Shown here one piece after another: positions 1 to 9,075 of a stretch of DNA of 64,000 nucleotides; position 1 is the stretch's first letter; each line of letters begins with the position of its first letter. A program made the translations under genes and the position numbers. Below the pieces are notes generated by a model. The model did not search any database. It saw only the letters and a program-made list of their open reading frames with translations, and was not told the origin of the DNA. This DNA is from Candidatus Methanomethylophilaceae archaeon (lineage in GTDB: Archaea > Thermoplasmatota > Thermoplasmata > Methanomassiliicoccales > Methanomethylophilaceae), in contig JBMNHS010000001.1 of the NCBI GenBank assembly GCA_050950505.1, forward strand, positions 608,001 through 672,000. The letters are read 5' to 3'.

Positions 1-677
1 TCCTTAAATTTCCCTCTCCCTCTTTGGAATTCATCGGGGAGTGTATTCGGGGATACGGCATACGCGGAATGAACGTTACGATACCGTACAAAGAATCTAT
101 AATCCCCTATTTGGACGAAATAGACGGAACCGCGGAATCCGTCGGGGCCGTGAACACAATCGTAAACGATAACGGTGTGCTGAAAGGTTACAACACCGAC
201 GTGGACGGTGTTGATGCGGCATTCAAAAACGCAGATTTCGAAACGAAAGGAAAAAGGATATTGGTGATGGGCTCCGGAGGGGCTTCCCGGGCCTGCATCG
301 TGGCATCCCTGAACAACAATGCAACGGTAACCGTGACGGGAAGGAACAAAGACGCCGTCAAACGATTGTCTTCCGCATTCGGTACCGAAACCATGACGGA
401 ACACGAGCCATTGTCAAACTTTGACGCAATCGTCAACGCCACGCCGGTAGGAATGTACGGAACCGGGGAATATCCGGTAAATCTGAACGATTTGGACGTA
501 AACCATACTGTTTTCGACATGGTCTACGGCATCGAAACCCTTCTTGTGTCGAAAGCGAAAAATCTCGGTTGCAAAATAGCCACGGGGGAAGACATGCTGG
601 CGATGCAGGGCGCCCGGGCCTTCGAATTGTGGACCGGCGTGAGCGGGATGTTTGGCACAATGCGCTCCTGTCTCTGA
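1..677 (+). CDS. aroE: shikimate dehydrogenase (5' end outside window)
   Basis: GMNVTIPYK, GAVNTI, GYNTD, GSGGAS and NATPVG motifs; frame is open to the window edge. Confidence 0.93.
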   Translation, partial: LKFPSPSLEFIGECIRGYGIRGMNVTIPYKESIIPYLDEIDGTAESVGAVNTIVNDNGVLKGYNTDVDGVDAAFKNADFETKGKRILVMGSGGASRACIVASLNNNATVTVTGRNKDAVKRLSSAFGTETMTEHEPLSNFDAIVNATPVGMYGTGEYPVNLNDLDVNHTVFDMVYGIETLLVSKAKNLGCKIATGEDMLAMQGARAFELWTGVSGMFGTMRSCL

Positions 678-770
678 CCCGTCATCCGGCAACACATCAA
701 ATGACGTATTTCATTGTTCGGTCATTCAGCAAAATATATACGATATCGGAATATCGTGGATTCGGTTACC

Positions 771-1565
771 ATGATATTCGGTAAGAATGTTAGAATGGAG
801 AGGATAATGGACCGTACCTCGGGCAACTGTGTCATAGTGCCCATGGATCACGGAATATCCATCGGACCCACCGACGGCCTCTACGATATGAAGCAAACCG
901 TGGATGCAGTGGCCAACGGAGGTGCCACGGCAGTAGTCATGCACAAAGGAGTCGTACGCTTCAGCCACCGTGCCGGGGGCAAGGACATAGGTTTGATTCT
1001 GCACCTGTCCGCTTCTACCGACATGGGCAAAACAAGCAACAGCAAGGTTTTGGTCGCTACTGTCGAGGAAGCTCTCAAGATGGGTGCGGACGCGGTTTCC
1101 ATGCATGTGAACATAGGGGCAGAAACGGAACCCGACATGCTGAGCGATCTGGGTATGGTTTCCGATGAATGCCAGGAATGGGGAGTGCCTCTTCTTGTTA
1201 TGGCCTATCCCCGCGGACCCGGCATTGACAATCCTTTGGACCCCCAGCTTGTCGCTCACAGTGCCAGAGTGGCCACCGAGATAGGCGCCGACATCGTAAA
1301 ATGCAGTTATACCGGAGACGTCGACTCATTCCGCGAAGTTGTCCGCGGAACTTTGGCTCCCGTTGTCATAGCCGGCGGTCCCAAGATCGGTTCCGACGCG
1401 GAAATGCTCAAGATGGTCAAAGACTCCCTGGAAGCCGGCGGTCGCGGTGTATCGATAGGCAGGAATATATTCCAGCATGAAAACGTTGAAGCAATCACCC
1501 GTGCGGTATCCGACATCGTACTCAAGGGCCGCGAAGTGGAAGACGTCCTGAAATATTTGGAATAA
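771..1565 (+). CDS. aroA': 2-amino-3,7-dideoxy-D-threo-hept-6-ulosonate (ADH) synthase, DhnA-type class I aldolase
   Basis: VPMDHG, MAYPRG, ADIVK, AGGPK and SIGRNIFQH motifs; follows aroE; start set at MIFGK. Confidence 0.88.
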   Translation: MIFGKNVRMERIMDRTSGNCVIVPMDHGISIGPTDGLYDMKQTVDAVANGGATAVVMHKGVVRFSHRAGGKDIGLILHLSASTDMGKTSNSKVLVATVEEALKMGADAVSMHVNIGAETEPDMLSDLGMVSDECQEWGVPLLVMAYPRGPGIDNPLDPQLVAHSARVATEIGADIVKCSYTGDVDSFREVVRGTLAPVVIAGGPKIGSDAEMLKMVKDSLEAGGRGVSIGRNIFQHENVEAITRAVSDIVLKGREVEDVLKYLE

Positions 1566-1570
1566 TTTCT

Positions 1571-2641
1571 TTACTTCTTTCCCCGGCGTTTTTTTCCGCC
1601 CGGGGATTTCTTCTTCTTCGGCGGGTCCGGATATCTTTTTTTGATGTCCGCCACCCGGTTTTCGAATTCTTCTTTCAGAATGTCTCCCCGGTATTCGCCC
1701 TCAAAGAAATCGATTTTGGCGGCAGTAAGGGTCTTTCCGGCCAGAGATCGGGATATCTTACCTCTTTGCCAGTAGGGGGCCCTGTGCACCGCGGGGTGTT
1801 GGTACAGCACCCCGTGTTTCGGAGGGCGTTTTCCGGAACGGAGGTGTCTGAACATCGCCTTCTCCGCGCCGAGCAACTGAACGGTGGATGAAGGCAGAGA
1901 CGACAATCTCTCCAATCCTCCCGATAAGGAAATCAGTCTTGCTGCCAACGCCCCGCCCAAAAGTTCGCACATGTTGGGGCAGGTTTCCCTGACGATAGAT
2001 TCGATGTACTCTTCCGTCCGTTCCCGTTCGTCGTACATCATCGAAAGATTCTTGGCCAGCAAAATGACGGAGTTCATATCCGCCGAATCGAAATCCGCAC
2101 CCATGGACTCTATGCCCAAATCCAATTTTTTGATGATTCCTCCCCTTTCGCCGTGCTCGGCGATGAGATCGGAGTAGTTTCTGTCCTTTGCAACATCCGA
2201 CAGTTCCGGGAAGTGCATCCCGTACCATTCATGGAGTCTTTCATCAATCAGGTTGCAGGTCTCGTGGAGATTGTCCAGGTACCGTATGGCCTGAACCAGG
2301 TTTCTGTCCCTCGGAACGGGTTCGGAAGTTCGCAGTTTTCCCAGACGGATCATGACGTCATGCATGATTTCGGGAGTGAATCCGTAATCCTCCGGTCTTA
2401 TAAACGAAGAATCATACATTTCCGGACGTCCCAGTTCCGACTGTCTTCTTTCGGAAACCGAAACCTTTCCGGCTTTGGAAACCAAATCCTTTTCTTCCTG
2501 GATCACGCCGCCCTTCTGAATCAGGGCGAGTTTCTGTGCGGTTTCTTCCGGATCGGAAGTCATCAGAATTTTGTCGATTATTCTGTTGCTTTTTTCATCG
2601 CAAAGAAACACTCCGAACCATTTCGTGACCAGGATTGCCAT
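1571..2641 (-). CDS. nop5: box C/D sRNP protein Nop5 (Nop56/58)
   Basis: ERLHEWYGMHFPEL, VQLLGAEKAMF and PPKHG motifs; Lys-rich C-terminal tail. Confidence 0.95.
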   Translation of the reverse strand: MAILVTKWFGVFLCDEKSNRIIDKILMTSDPEETAQKLALIQKGGVIQEEKDLVSKAGKVSVSERRQSELGRPEMYDSSFIRPEDYGFTPEIMHDVMIRLGKLRTSEPVPRDRNLVQAIRYLDNLHETCNLIDERLHEWYGMHFPELSDVAKDRNYSDLIAEHGERGGIIKKLDLGIESMGADFDSADMNSVILLAKNLSMMYDERERTEEYIESIVRETCPNMCELLGGALAARLISLSGGLERLSSLPSSTVQLLGAEKAMFRHLRSGKRPPKHGVLYQHPAVHRAPYWQRGKISRSLAGKTLTAAKIDFFEGEYRGDILKEEFENRVADIKKRYPDPPKKKKSPGGKKRRGKK

Positions 2642-2647
2642 GACAAA

Positions 2648-3253
2648 TCACATCCGGATGAGTTTTTCGACTTCGGACCAAGGCAAAGAACTGGCTCTTC
2701 CGGTTATCGTCTGCAACTTGGCCTGGAACTCCATTTCTTCCATTCTGTTGAAAGCTTCCTCGATCGAGCGGCCCTGGGTTATCGCGCCGTGACGCGCCAT
2801 CAGCATGGCCTTCGATTCATGGTTGGCGATAATCGCCGCGACGAGTTCTTCGGATCCCGGTGTGTGATAAGGAATCAGAGGAACGTCTCCGAGAAGCATG
2901 ACGCCTTCGGGCGTCAGGTCCGTTCTCAGTTTTCTGTTTTTTGTCGCAACCGCTGTACAGTACAGGGGGTGACAGTGCACCACTGCCTTGGTTTCCGGAT
3001 TGAGGTTGTACAATGCCAGATGTATGCCGGTTTCGATAGAGGGCGTCCCTCCGGAAATGACATCGCCGTCGGTACCGACAAGAACCAAGTCTTCCGGTTT
3101 CAGAAGACCTTTGTTTCTCCCGCTGGGTGTTATGAGGATTTCACTGTCCCCGATCATCATGCTCATATTGCCGCCGGCGGAGAACGTCAATTCCCTGTCG
3201 TACAGCATATTGCAGAATTCGACCAAAACTTCCCGTGCATAATTTTCGTTCAT
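2648..3253 (-). CDS. class II aldolase/adducin family protein (FucA-like; candidate 5-deoxy/methylthio-ribulose-1-P aldolase)
   Basis: GGNMS, ITPSG, PSIETGIH, VHCHP and RHGAI motifs; ATGA overlap with mtnA. Confidence 0.85.
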   Translation of the reverse strand: MNENYAREVLVEFCNMLYDRELTFSAGGNMSMMIGDSEILITPSGRNKGLLKPEDLVLVGTDGDVISGGTPSIETGIHLALYNLNPETKAVVHCHPLYCTAVATKNRKLRTDLTPEGVMLLGDVPLIPYHTPGSEELVAAIIANHESKAMLMARHGAITQGRSIEEAFNRMEEMEFQAKLQTITGRASSLPWSEVEKLIRM

Positions 3254-4248
3254 TCCATCACCTTGGATATTTCATCGGGAGCGAATATACCCTTCTCGGT
3301 TATGAACCCTTTAACCAAATCGGCAGGAGTCACATCAAAAGCGGGATTCAGAGCCTTGCTTCCTACAGGAGCAATCCTGATTCCGTTCATTTCCGTGATT
3401 TCGGTTTCATCTCTGTGTTCGATTACGATTTCATCCCCCGTTTCGGCGGAAAAGTCAAAGGTGGATACGGGAGCCGCAACGTAAAACGGAATTCCGTAAT
3501 GCTTTGCGGATATGGCTTTGTCCAAAGTTCCTATTTTATTTGCAAAATCACCGTTGGACACTATTCTGTCCGCACCGGTGATTATCAAATCCACGCCTTT
3601 CGACATGTAATGGGAGGAAGCGCCATCGGGAATTATCGCATGGTCTATGCCTTCCTGAACAAGTTCCCAGGCCGTCAGTTGCATTCCCTGAAGACGTGGA
3701 CGGGTTTCCGAAACGTAAACAAAGAAATTTTTACCTTTGTCTCTTGCCGCGCGCATGGGTGCCAAGGCCGTTCCCACGTCGACAGTGGCCAAAGCGCCCG
3801 CGTTGCAGTGGGTCATCACTTTCGAACCGTCCTTTATAAGAGGCTCCCCGTATTTCCCTATCGCGAGACACTTATCAATCATGGACTGTGCATAAGCATC
3901 CGAAGCGGCAACGGGATCATCGCCGTCTTCGAGAGAAACAATCATGCTGTCCACTGCGTAGAACAAATCATTGGCGGTGGGTCTTGCAGATTTTATCACT
4001 TCTCCCGCTGTTTTTACATCTTCTCCCGCTTCTGCCGCCAGACACATGCCGTAAGCTGCGGCGGCACCTATCGAAGGAGCCCCTCTCACGGTCATGTTCC
4101 TGATGCTTTCAGCAACGTCTCTGTAATTATCAAAAGATACGAATTCTATGTTACCGGGCAGTTTTCTCTGATCGATCATGAAGACCTTTCCGTCTTCGTA
4201 CCAGACGGCCTTTATATCTTCTGTCCCGGAAAGACAATTCACTTTCAT
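3250..4248 (-). CDS. mtnA: S-methyl-5-thioribose-1-phosphate isomerase
   Basis: IDQRKLP, MTVRGAP, RPTA, THCNAGALAT, ETRPRLQG, GADRI..NGDFANKIGT and NPAFDVTP motifs; start set at MKVN. Confidence 0.93.
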   Translation of the reverse strand: MKVNCLSGTEDIKAVWYEDGKVFMIDQRKLPGNIEFVSFDNYRDVAESIRNMTVRGAPSIGAAAAYGMCLAAEAGEDVKTAGEVIKSARPTANDLFYAVDSMIVSLEDGDDPVAASDAYAQSMIDKCLAIGKYGEPLIKDGSKVMTHCNAGALATVDVGTALAPMRAARDKGKNFFVYVSETRPRLQGMQLTAWELVQEGIDHAIIPDGASSHYMSKGVDLIITGADRIVSNGDFANKIGTLDKAISAKHYGIPFYVAAPVSTFDFSAETGDEIVIEHRDETEITEMNGIRIAPVGSKALNPAFDVTPADLVKGFITEKGIFAPDEISKVME

Positions 4249-4356
4249 GTTACCACTGCCGACACATGTCCTGACTATGTTAAATCTGTTGCTGGTATGA
4301 TTCCGGACAACAACCACCAGAAATAAATTATTAGATGAGAGAACATACCGTAAACG

Positions 4357-5100
4357 ATGACAGAGAATAACACAAATGATTTCGTACTGTACTATACAGA
4401 GAAGGGCCTGATTCACGTTTCCAATGAAGTACGCATACAGATTCTGGATGAGCTTACCGAGAGAAGCCTGTCGTTGACCGATCTTGTGAAAATCACAGGC
4501 AAAGCACAATCAACGCTTTCCGTTCATCTGGACAAAATGATGAAAGACGGCATCATCGATGTCAAAGAGGACCCTGAAGACAGCCGCAGAAAAACATACA
4601 GTATCGTTTCTCTCTGTCTTGTGCGCACGACGAAACCCGATCCCGAATCCTTTGAGAAAGCAAAAGAACTTTTCAATGAAATATCCGACGATCCGAAAAG
4701 CGTAGGGGCTCACATGACAAGTCTCATAGTTTTGTCCTTGGATTACCTGGGATTGTCGGTTATGCCTTTGGCCGAAACTCTGGGCAAGATTCACGCCCAG
4801 GTGTTGCATGAGAGCATGACGAAAGGTCCGGTGGACGACGTGATCGACAATCTCATCGACATGTACTCTTACGCCAACTTGGGAGAAGTCACGGTATTCA
4901 AACGCAACCCGTTGACACTTGTCGTAAAATCCGATATGAGAGTAAGCAAAGGCGCGGCAAAGTCCTTCGGTATGTACGCCAGAGGTTTCTTTATCCAGGC
5001 CCTGAACATAATATACGGAGTGGAAGCGGAAGTCCCCCGTTGGGAAGTTTTCGGTGCCGACAACAATTATTACAAATTCGAATTGGACGTCAGGCAGTGA
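4357..5100 (+). CDS. ArsR-type wHTH transcriptional regulator with V4R-like C-terminal domain
   Basis: HTH segment SLTDLVKITGKAQSTLSVHLDKM followed by DSRRK; C-terminal V4R-like region. Confidence 0.8.
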   Translation: MTENNTNDFVLYYTEKGLIHVSNEVRIQILDELTERSLSLTDLVKITGKAQSTLSVHLDKMMKDGIIDVKEDPEDSRRKTYSIVSLCLVRTTKPDPESFEKAKELFNEISDDPKSVGAHMTSLIVLSLDYLGLSVMPLAETLGKIHAQVLHESMTKGPVDDVIDNLIDMYSYANLGEVTVFKRNPLTLVVKSDMRVSKGAAKSFGMYARGFFIQALNIIYGVEAEVPRWEVFGADNNYYKFELDVRQ

Positions 5101-5103
5101 AAT

Positions 5104-5733
5104 TCACCTGAGGACGGCAAATTCCAAAAGCACGCCGTCCCCCAATTTTTCAAAATTAATCAGTTCAAGTTTTATTCCGTTGTCGGCCGACAGGCCGTCG
5201 CCGTCCACAGGTGTCGGGGCATCCCTTCCGCCGATGATGAGACTTCCCACGAACACCGAGTAACGGTCAACCAGTCCCGCATTGAAAAAATGCGAAATGG
5301 TTTCCCCTCCGCCCTCTACCATCAATTTTTTGATGCCCTCGGAATACAGACGGCCCACAAGGTCCTCCAAATTTATGGTGCACTTTCCCGTGCGCATGAC
5401 CGTCGCGCCTTTCCAGGTTTTTTCGCAAGTTTCCAAAGTGACGATGACGGTGGGTGCCCGGTCATCCAAAACCAAAGCGTCTTCAGGAGTCCTCCCGTGG
5501 GGATCCAAAACGATTCTGACGGGATTTTCATCATAACCGAGACCTTTGACCGTAAGATGAGGGTCGTCGGAGACGACGGTTCCGACACCCACCAGGATTC
5601 CGTCGTTGTCCCGTCTCATCCTTTTGACCCTGTCTTTGTCTTCGCGGGAGGATATGGAAATCTGAGTTCTGTCTTTTCCGGCGATTTTTCCGTCAGCCGA
5701 CATTGCACAGTTAACTTGAATGAACGGTCTCAT
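5104..5733 (-). CDS. arfC: 2,5-diamino-6-ribosylamino-4(3H)-pyrimidinone 5'-phosphate reductase (RibD C-terminal type)
   Basis: AMSADGKI, GVGTV..DDPHL and MVEGGG motifs. Confidence 0.88.
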   Translation of the reverse strand: MRPFIQVNCAMSADGKIAGKDRTQISISSREDKDRVKRMRRDNDGILVGVGTVVSDDPHLTVKGLGYDENPVRIVLDPHGRTPEDALVLDDRAPTVIVTLETCEKTWKGATVMRTGKCTINLEDLVGRLYSEGIKKLMVEGGGETISHFFNAGLVDRYSVFVGSLIIGGRDAPTPVDGDGLSADNGIKLELINFEKLGDGVLLEFAVLR

Positions 5734-6760
5734 TTGTAGTCCCCGGATTTACGCTGAAATGATACCCGTCATCTTTGCGTTCGACACCGAACCTCACGTC
5801 CAGAAACGTTTCCAACGTGTCCATTTGACTGAGAAGGTGTCTGCTGATGTTGGAAACCTTGAAAGCGCTTTTGCCCTCGGCCATGGCCATGTACGGCAAA
5901 AGTTGGTCTGCGGTGTGCACATCGATGGTGGAACCGCTTGTCATTTCTTCAATCAAATCCCTGGCGGCATCCTCGCCGGTCTTTTCCGCCGAGTATTCCC
6001 GGGTGGTCAATCCGTTGCTTCCGAGTTTTCCGTTTTCGAAATCGGCAACAAGGGATATTCCGGCCCCCCGGGAATTTCCCTGGGACGTCTGAATGTCAAT
6101 TTCTGCGTCCGCATAAGGTTTCATGACTTTGACGCAGGACCGGACGATGTCCCGGCCTATTCTGTCGGACAGATTCTGAGTGAAACAAATTCCTCGGACT
6201 GCAACAAGATCCCCAAGTTCCGAAAGATCCAGAGGTTTGATTGTCTTAATCGGTTTCTGTGTTGCAATGACATGACCGCCTCCGCGGGGATAGAATCCTC
6301 TTTCCAGGATTTCGGCTTCGGTTTCGATTCCCATCCTGCCCATCAACGGGTACAGAATCTGTTGATAGCTGTCGATCGGCGGAGCCCAAAGGACGTTGGT
6401 GCCTCCCCGGATATCCACGGTAAGTCCGTTTTCATGATTGCGCGCGGCAAGCATAAGTGCCTGCAAAACAAGAGAAATGCTTCCTGCGGTGCCTATGTTC
6501 AGTTCAATATGATTGTTCTGTTCGGTTCCGGGGCGGAACATAAGTTCGGAAGAACCGGTGAAATTACCCTCAACCTGCGAACCGGTTATTTCGGCGACGG
6601 CACCGACAGCGGCACAATGCTGTCTAGACAATCCGTTCGTGGGCCGGTTTTCTCTTATTCGGGTAAGGTGTGTGGGCATGCCTGTCAGGACCGAAAGAGC
6701 CACGGATGTGCGGACCATCTGTCCTCCGCCTTCTCCCCTAGAACTATCGATCTCCAACAT
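5711..6760 (-). CDS. rtcA: RNA 3'-terminal phosphate cyclase
   Basis: GEGGGQMVR, IRENR, TAGSI, GGTNV, RGFYPRGGG and DVHTADQL motifs; true start is MLEID (the longer ORF runs through tRNAs). Confidence 0.93.
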   Translation of the reverse strand: MLEIDSSRGEGGGQMVRTSVALSVLTGMPTHLTRIRENRPTNGLSRQHCAAVGAVAEITGSQVEGNFTGSSELMFRPGTEQNNHIELNIGTAGSISLVLQALMLAARNHENGLTVDIRGGTNVLWAPPIDSYQQILYPLMGRMGIETEAEILERGFYPRGGGHVIATQKPIKTIKPLDLSELGDLVAVRGICFTQNLSDRIGRDIVRSCVKVMKPYADAEIDIQTSQGNSRGAGISLVADFENGKLGSNGLTTREYSAEKTGEDAARDLIEEMTSGSTIDVHTADQLLPYMAMAEGKSAFKVSNISRHLLSQMDTLETFLDVRFGVERKDDGYHFSVNPGTTNETVHSS

Positions 6761-6822
6761 AATAATCAGAAGTGTATGTTGAGTGGTCGATATAGATTTA
6801 ACCCTGCGGGTGAGTTCATAAG

Positions 6823-6894
6823 TGCGACCGCCGGGATTCGAACCCGGGTCGGAGGCTTGGGAAGCCCCTATCCTAACCACTGGACTACGATCGC
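6823..6894 (-). tRNA. tRNA-Gly(CCC)
   Basis: Cloverleaf GCGATCG...CGGTCGC-A; anticodon arm GGGGC-TT-CCC-AA-GCCTC; T loop GTTCGAATC. Confidence 0.95.
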
Positions 6895-6981
6895 GCAATA
6901 GGGGGTAAACGTTCGGTTCTATTAAAGATAAGGGTGTCTTTCCGCGTTGTTTTAATACTACCGCAGTGTTGCATGTCGCAC

Positions 6982-7057
6982 GGGCCCGTGGTCTAGTGGT
7001 TATGACGTCGCCCTTACAAGGCGAAGATCGTTGGTTCAATCCCGACCGGGCCCACCA
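6982..7057 (+). tRNA. tRNA-Val(TAC) with encoded CCA
   Basis: GGGCCCG...CGGGCCC-A-CCA; anticodon arm TCGCC-CT-TAC-AA-GGCGA; TATA-like TTTAATA at 6951. Confidence 0.96.
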
Positions 7058-7099
7058 CGTTGTTTCTGGACGTCTTCGAATCTTTGCATCTGTTCTAAA

Positions 7100-7390
7100 A
7101 TGGATGGATGACATCTCCATATGCGGAGATTTATCGATTTTCGCTTGAATTTCGCGATTTTTATCATCAGATTTTTCAGGATATTTTCTGCGTGTACAAT
7201 ACAATTATATATTAAGTGATAGATGGATGGATGATATGTCCATGAATAGGGCATAGCCGGGAGCCAACTGTTTCGGTTTCTCCTCCTTCCGACTCCCGGT
7301 TAAATCTTTATCATGTTTATTTTGACGCGATTTGAACTGTCAGTTTAAAAACTTATAAATAGTCAGAAAATGGATGGATGATACGTCCAT
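7100..7390. repeat. three copies of 21-bp dyad ATGGATGGATGAYAYSTCCAT (7100-7120, 7223-7243, 7370-7390)
   Basis: ATGGATGGATGACATCTCCAT / ATGGATGGATGATATGTCCAT / ATGGATGGATGATACGTCCAT read directly. Confidence 0.9.
7235..7320 (+). ncRNA. putative small RNA (hairpin with CTCCTCC loop); ends approximate
   Basis: TATA TTATATAT at 7205; stem GCCGGGAG/CTCCCGGT (7256-7300); T-rich tail. Confidence 0.35.
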
Positions 7391-7480
7391 AAAAGATGCC
7401 GCCGAGGATATATCGCTCACCAAATTTCTACTCTTAACCCTCGGCGGCTGTATATTGGGCGAAGGCAATGAATTTTTTCG
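7383..7480 (+). ncRNA. putative small RNA (hairpin with CTCACC loop); ends approximate
   Basis: BRE/TATA AAAAAC-TTATAAAT at 7347-7360; perfect 10-bp stem GCCGCCGAGG/CCTCGGCGGC (7398-7448); T6 tract near 7473. Confidence 0.35.
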
Positions 7481-7522
7481 ATGAAAATCATACAGTATTT
7501 CCAGTGTACGAACGGAATAAAA

Positions 7523-7599
7523 TGGTGGACCCGGCCGGATTTGAACCGGCGACCTTCGCCGTGTGAAGGCGACGTCATAACCAACTAGACCACGAGTCC
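7523..7599 (-). tRNA. tRNA-Val(CAC) with encoded CCA
   Basis: GGACTCG...CGGGTCC-A-CCA; anticodon arm TCGCC-TT-CAC-AC-GGCGA. Confidence 0.96.
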
Positions 7600-7683
7600 T
7601 GTACCGTAGCAATATAATGACTGTATTTAACGCTCGCGCATACCAGGAACAAAGATTAACATAAGCAACCCCTTACCGCGGAT

Positions 7684-9075
7684 ATGCCCGAATCCGACCG
7701 CATTCAGCAGAATGCCGAAAATAAGAAACTCTTCTCCAGAGAGTTCGATGTGATTTTGTCCACAGAGAAAACGGGATACCCGAGCTTCATCGGCGGCCTC
7801 CAAGTGGCCTCAGGCATGGATTATCAATTATCCAGTCCGATAGACGAAAGTATAATTTTCGGCAAATTCCAACGTCCTGAGGAAGGAACCGCCGCATATG
7901 CGGTCGAGGCGGCCAAGAAAGCCTTTGAGGTTTGGTCCGCAACGGAACCTTCGGAACGTGCAGCGATATTTGAAAACGTCCTTGAAAGGGTAAAGGCCAG
8001 AAAATTCAGGCTTGCGGCCTGCATTGCAATCAGCACGGGAATGGTAATGGAAGACTGTATCAACGAATCCGATCGGCTGATTGAGATAATCGAAGATGCC
8101 TGTGCCACTGCGGAACGTACCGAGCCTCTCGGAGTCTGGGGGATAATCTCCGAACACAATTCATCTCTGGCGTCCCCTGCCGGTGCGGCGGTTTACGCCA
8201 TGCTTGCCGGAAACACCGTTGTCGCGCTTCCCGCCAAGGGCTGCCCCATGCCCATGTTCATGTTCAGTGATATTCTCCGCGCCGTCGGAGTGCCCGACGG
8301 AGTATTCAACATACTGACTTCGGAAAGTCATGAAACGGACATGGAAATCAGCGAAGATCCGATTGTCAGGGGAATCGCCGTCTCCGGGGGCGGAGACAGA
8401 ATAGACGAACTTATGTTCCTTCCCGTGGATCATGAACTCAGGTTCGTAAGCGAAATAAAAGGAATGAATCCGATTCTCGTTCATAAAACCGGAAATATGG
8501 AAGCAGTTGCAGACAGCATAGCCGAATCCGCGTTCAGAAGCGCGGGTCAGAGACTGTATTCCTGTTCCAAAGTCATTGTAATCGAATCCGAAAAAAGAAA
8601 TCTTCTTTCCGCTTTGAAAGAATCCGTCAAATCCCTTGTGGTCGGTGATCCCGCGGAACTGGAAGCGGACGTGGGTCCGCTGATGTCAAAAACCGATCTT
8701 CTCAGATTCCAGAAACTTATGGAAAATCATTCCGATATGGTTATTCTTGGAGGAAAGAGGGTGCGGGGAGAATTCCTTGATGGGGGCAGTTATGTGGAAC
8801 CCGCCGTTGTGGAGGTGTCTTACGCCGAATGCGAACTTGGAAGTTATGACATGGGATTGCCGATTCTGGCAATTGTATCTGTTTCCGACGAAGATGAAAT
8901 GTTCGAAGAATTGCTGAGCACCGAATGCGGACTGTCCGCTTCCCTGTTCACCGATGACGGCAAACTCATCGAAAGATTCAAAGAAGAAGCGGAAGCCACC
9001 GTCCTCAATATTAACAAAGGGACGGAAAACACGCTTCCGGCATCCACTCTGAGCATAGAGAAATTCAGTGCCTGA
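7684..9075 (+). CDS. aldehyde dehydrogenase family protein (P5C dehydrogenase-like), catalytic Cys replaced
   Basis: EPLGVWGIISEHN, AGNTVV, GVPDGVFN and SAFRSAGQRL motifs. Confidence 0.82.
   Translation: MPESDRIQQNAENKKLFSREFDVILSTEKTGYPSFIGGLQVASGMDYQLSSPIDESIIFGKFQRPEEGTAAYAVEAAKKAFEVWSATEPSERAAIFENVLERVKARKFRLAACIAISTGMVMEDCINESDRLIEIIEDACATAERTEPLGVWGIISEHNSSLASPAGAAVYAMLAGNTVVALPAKGCPMPMFMFSDILRAVGVPDGVFNILTSESHETDMEISEDPIVRGIAVSGGGDRIDELMFLPVDHELRFVSEIKGMNPILVHKTGNMEAVADSIAESAFRSAGQRLYSCSKVIVIESEKRNLLSALKESVKSLVVGDPAELEADVGPLMSKTDLLRFQKLMENHSDMVILGGKRVRGEFLDGGSYVEPAVVEVSYAECELGSYDMGLPILAIVSVSDEDEMFEELLSTECGLSASLFTDDGKLIERFKEEAEATVLNINKGTENTLPASTLSIEKFSA

Noticed and set aside
6761-7204. 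147-aa N-terminal extension of rtcA in the ORF track
   Set aside because: Runs through two tRNA genes; RtcA homology starts at MLEID (6760)
7100-7390. Dyad repeats as a mini-CRISPR, C/D-box or TIGR-like array, or replication origin
   Set aside because: Spacers of 102 and 126 nt are too long for CRISPR or TIGR; GGATGA is not a canonical C box and no matching CTGA D boxes were seen; no G-string ORB or adjacent orc1/cdc6
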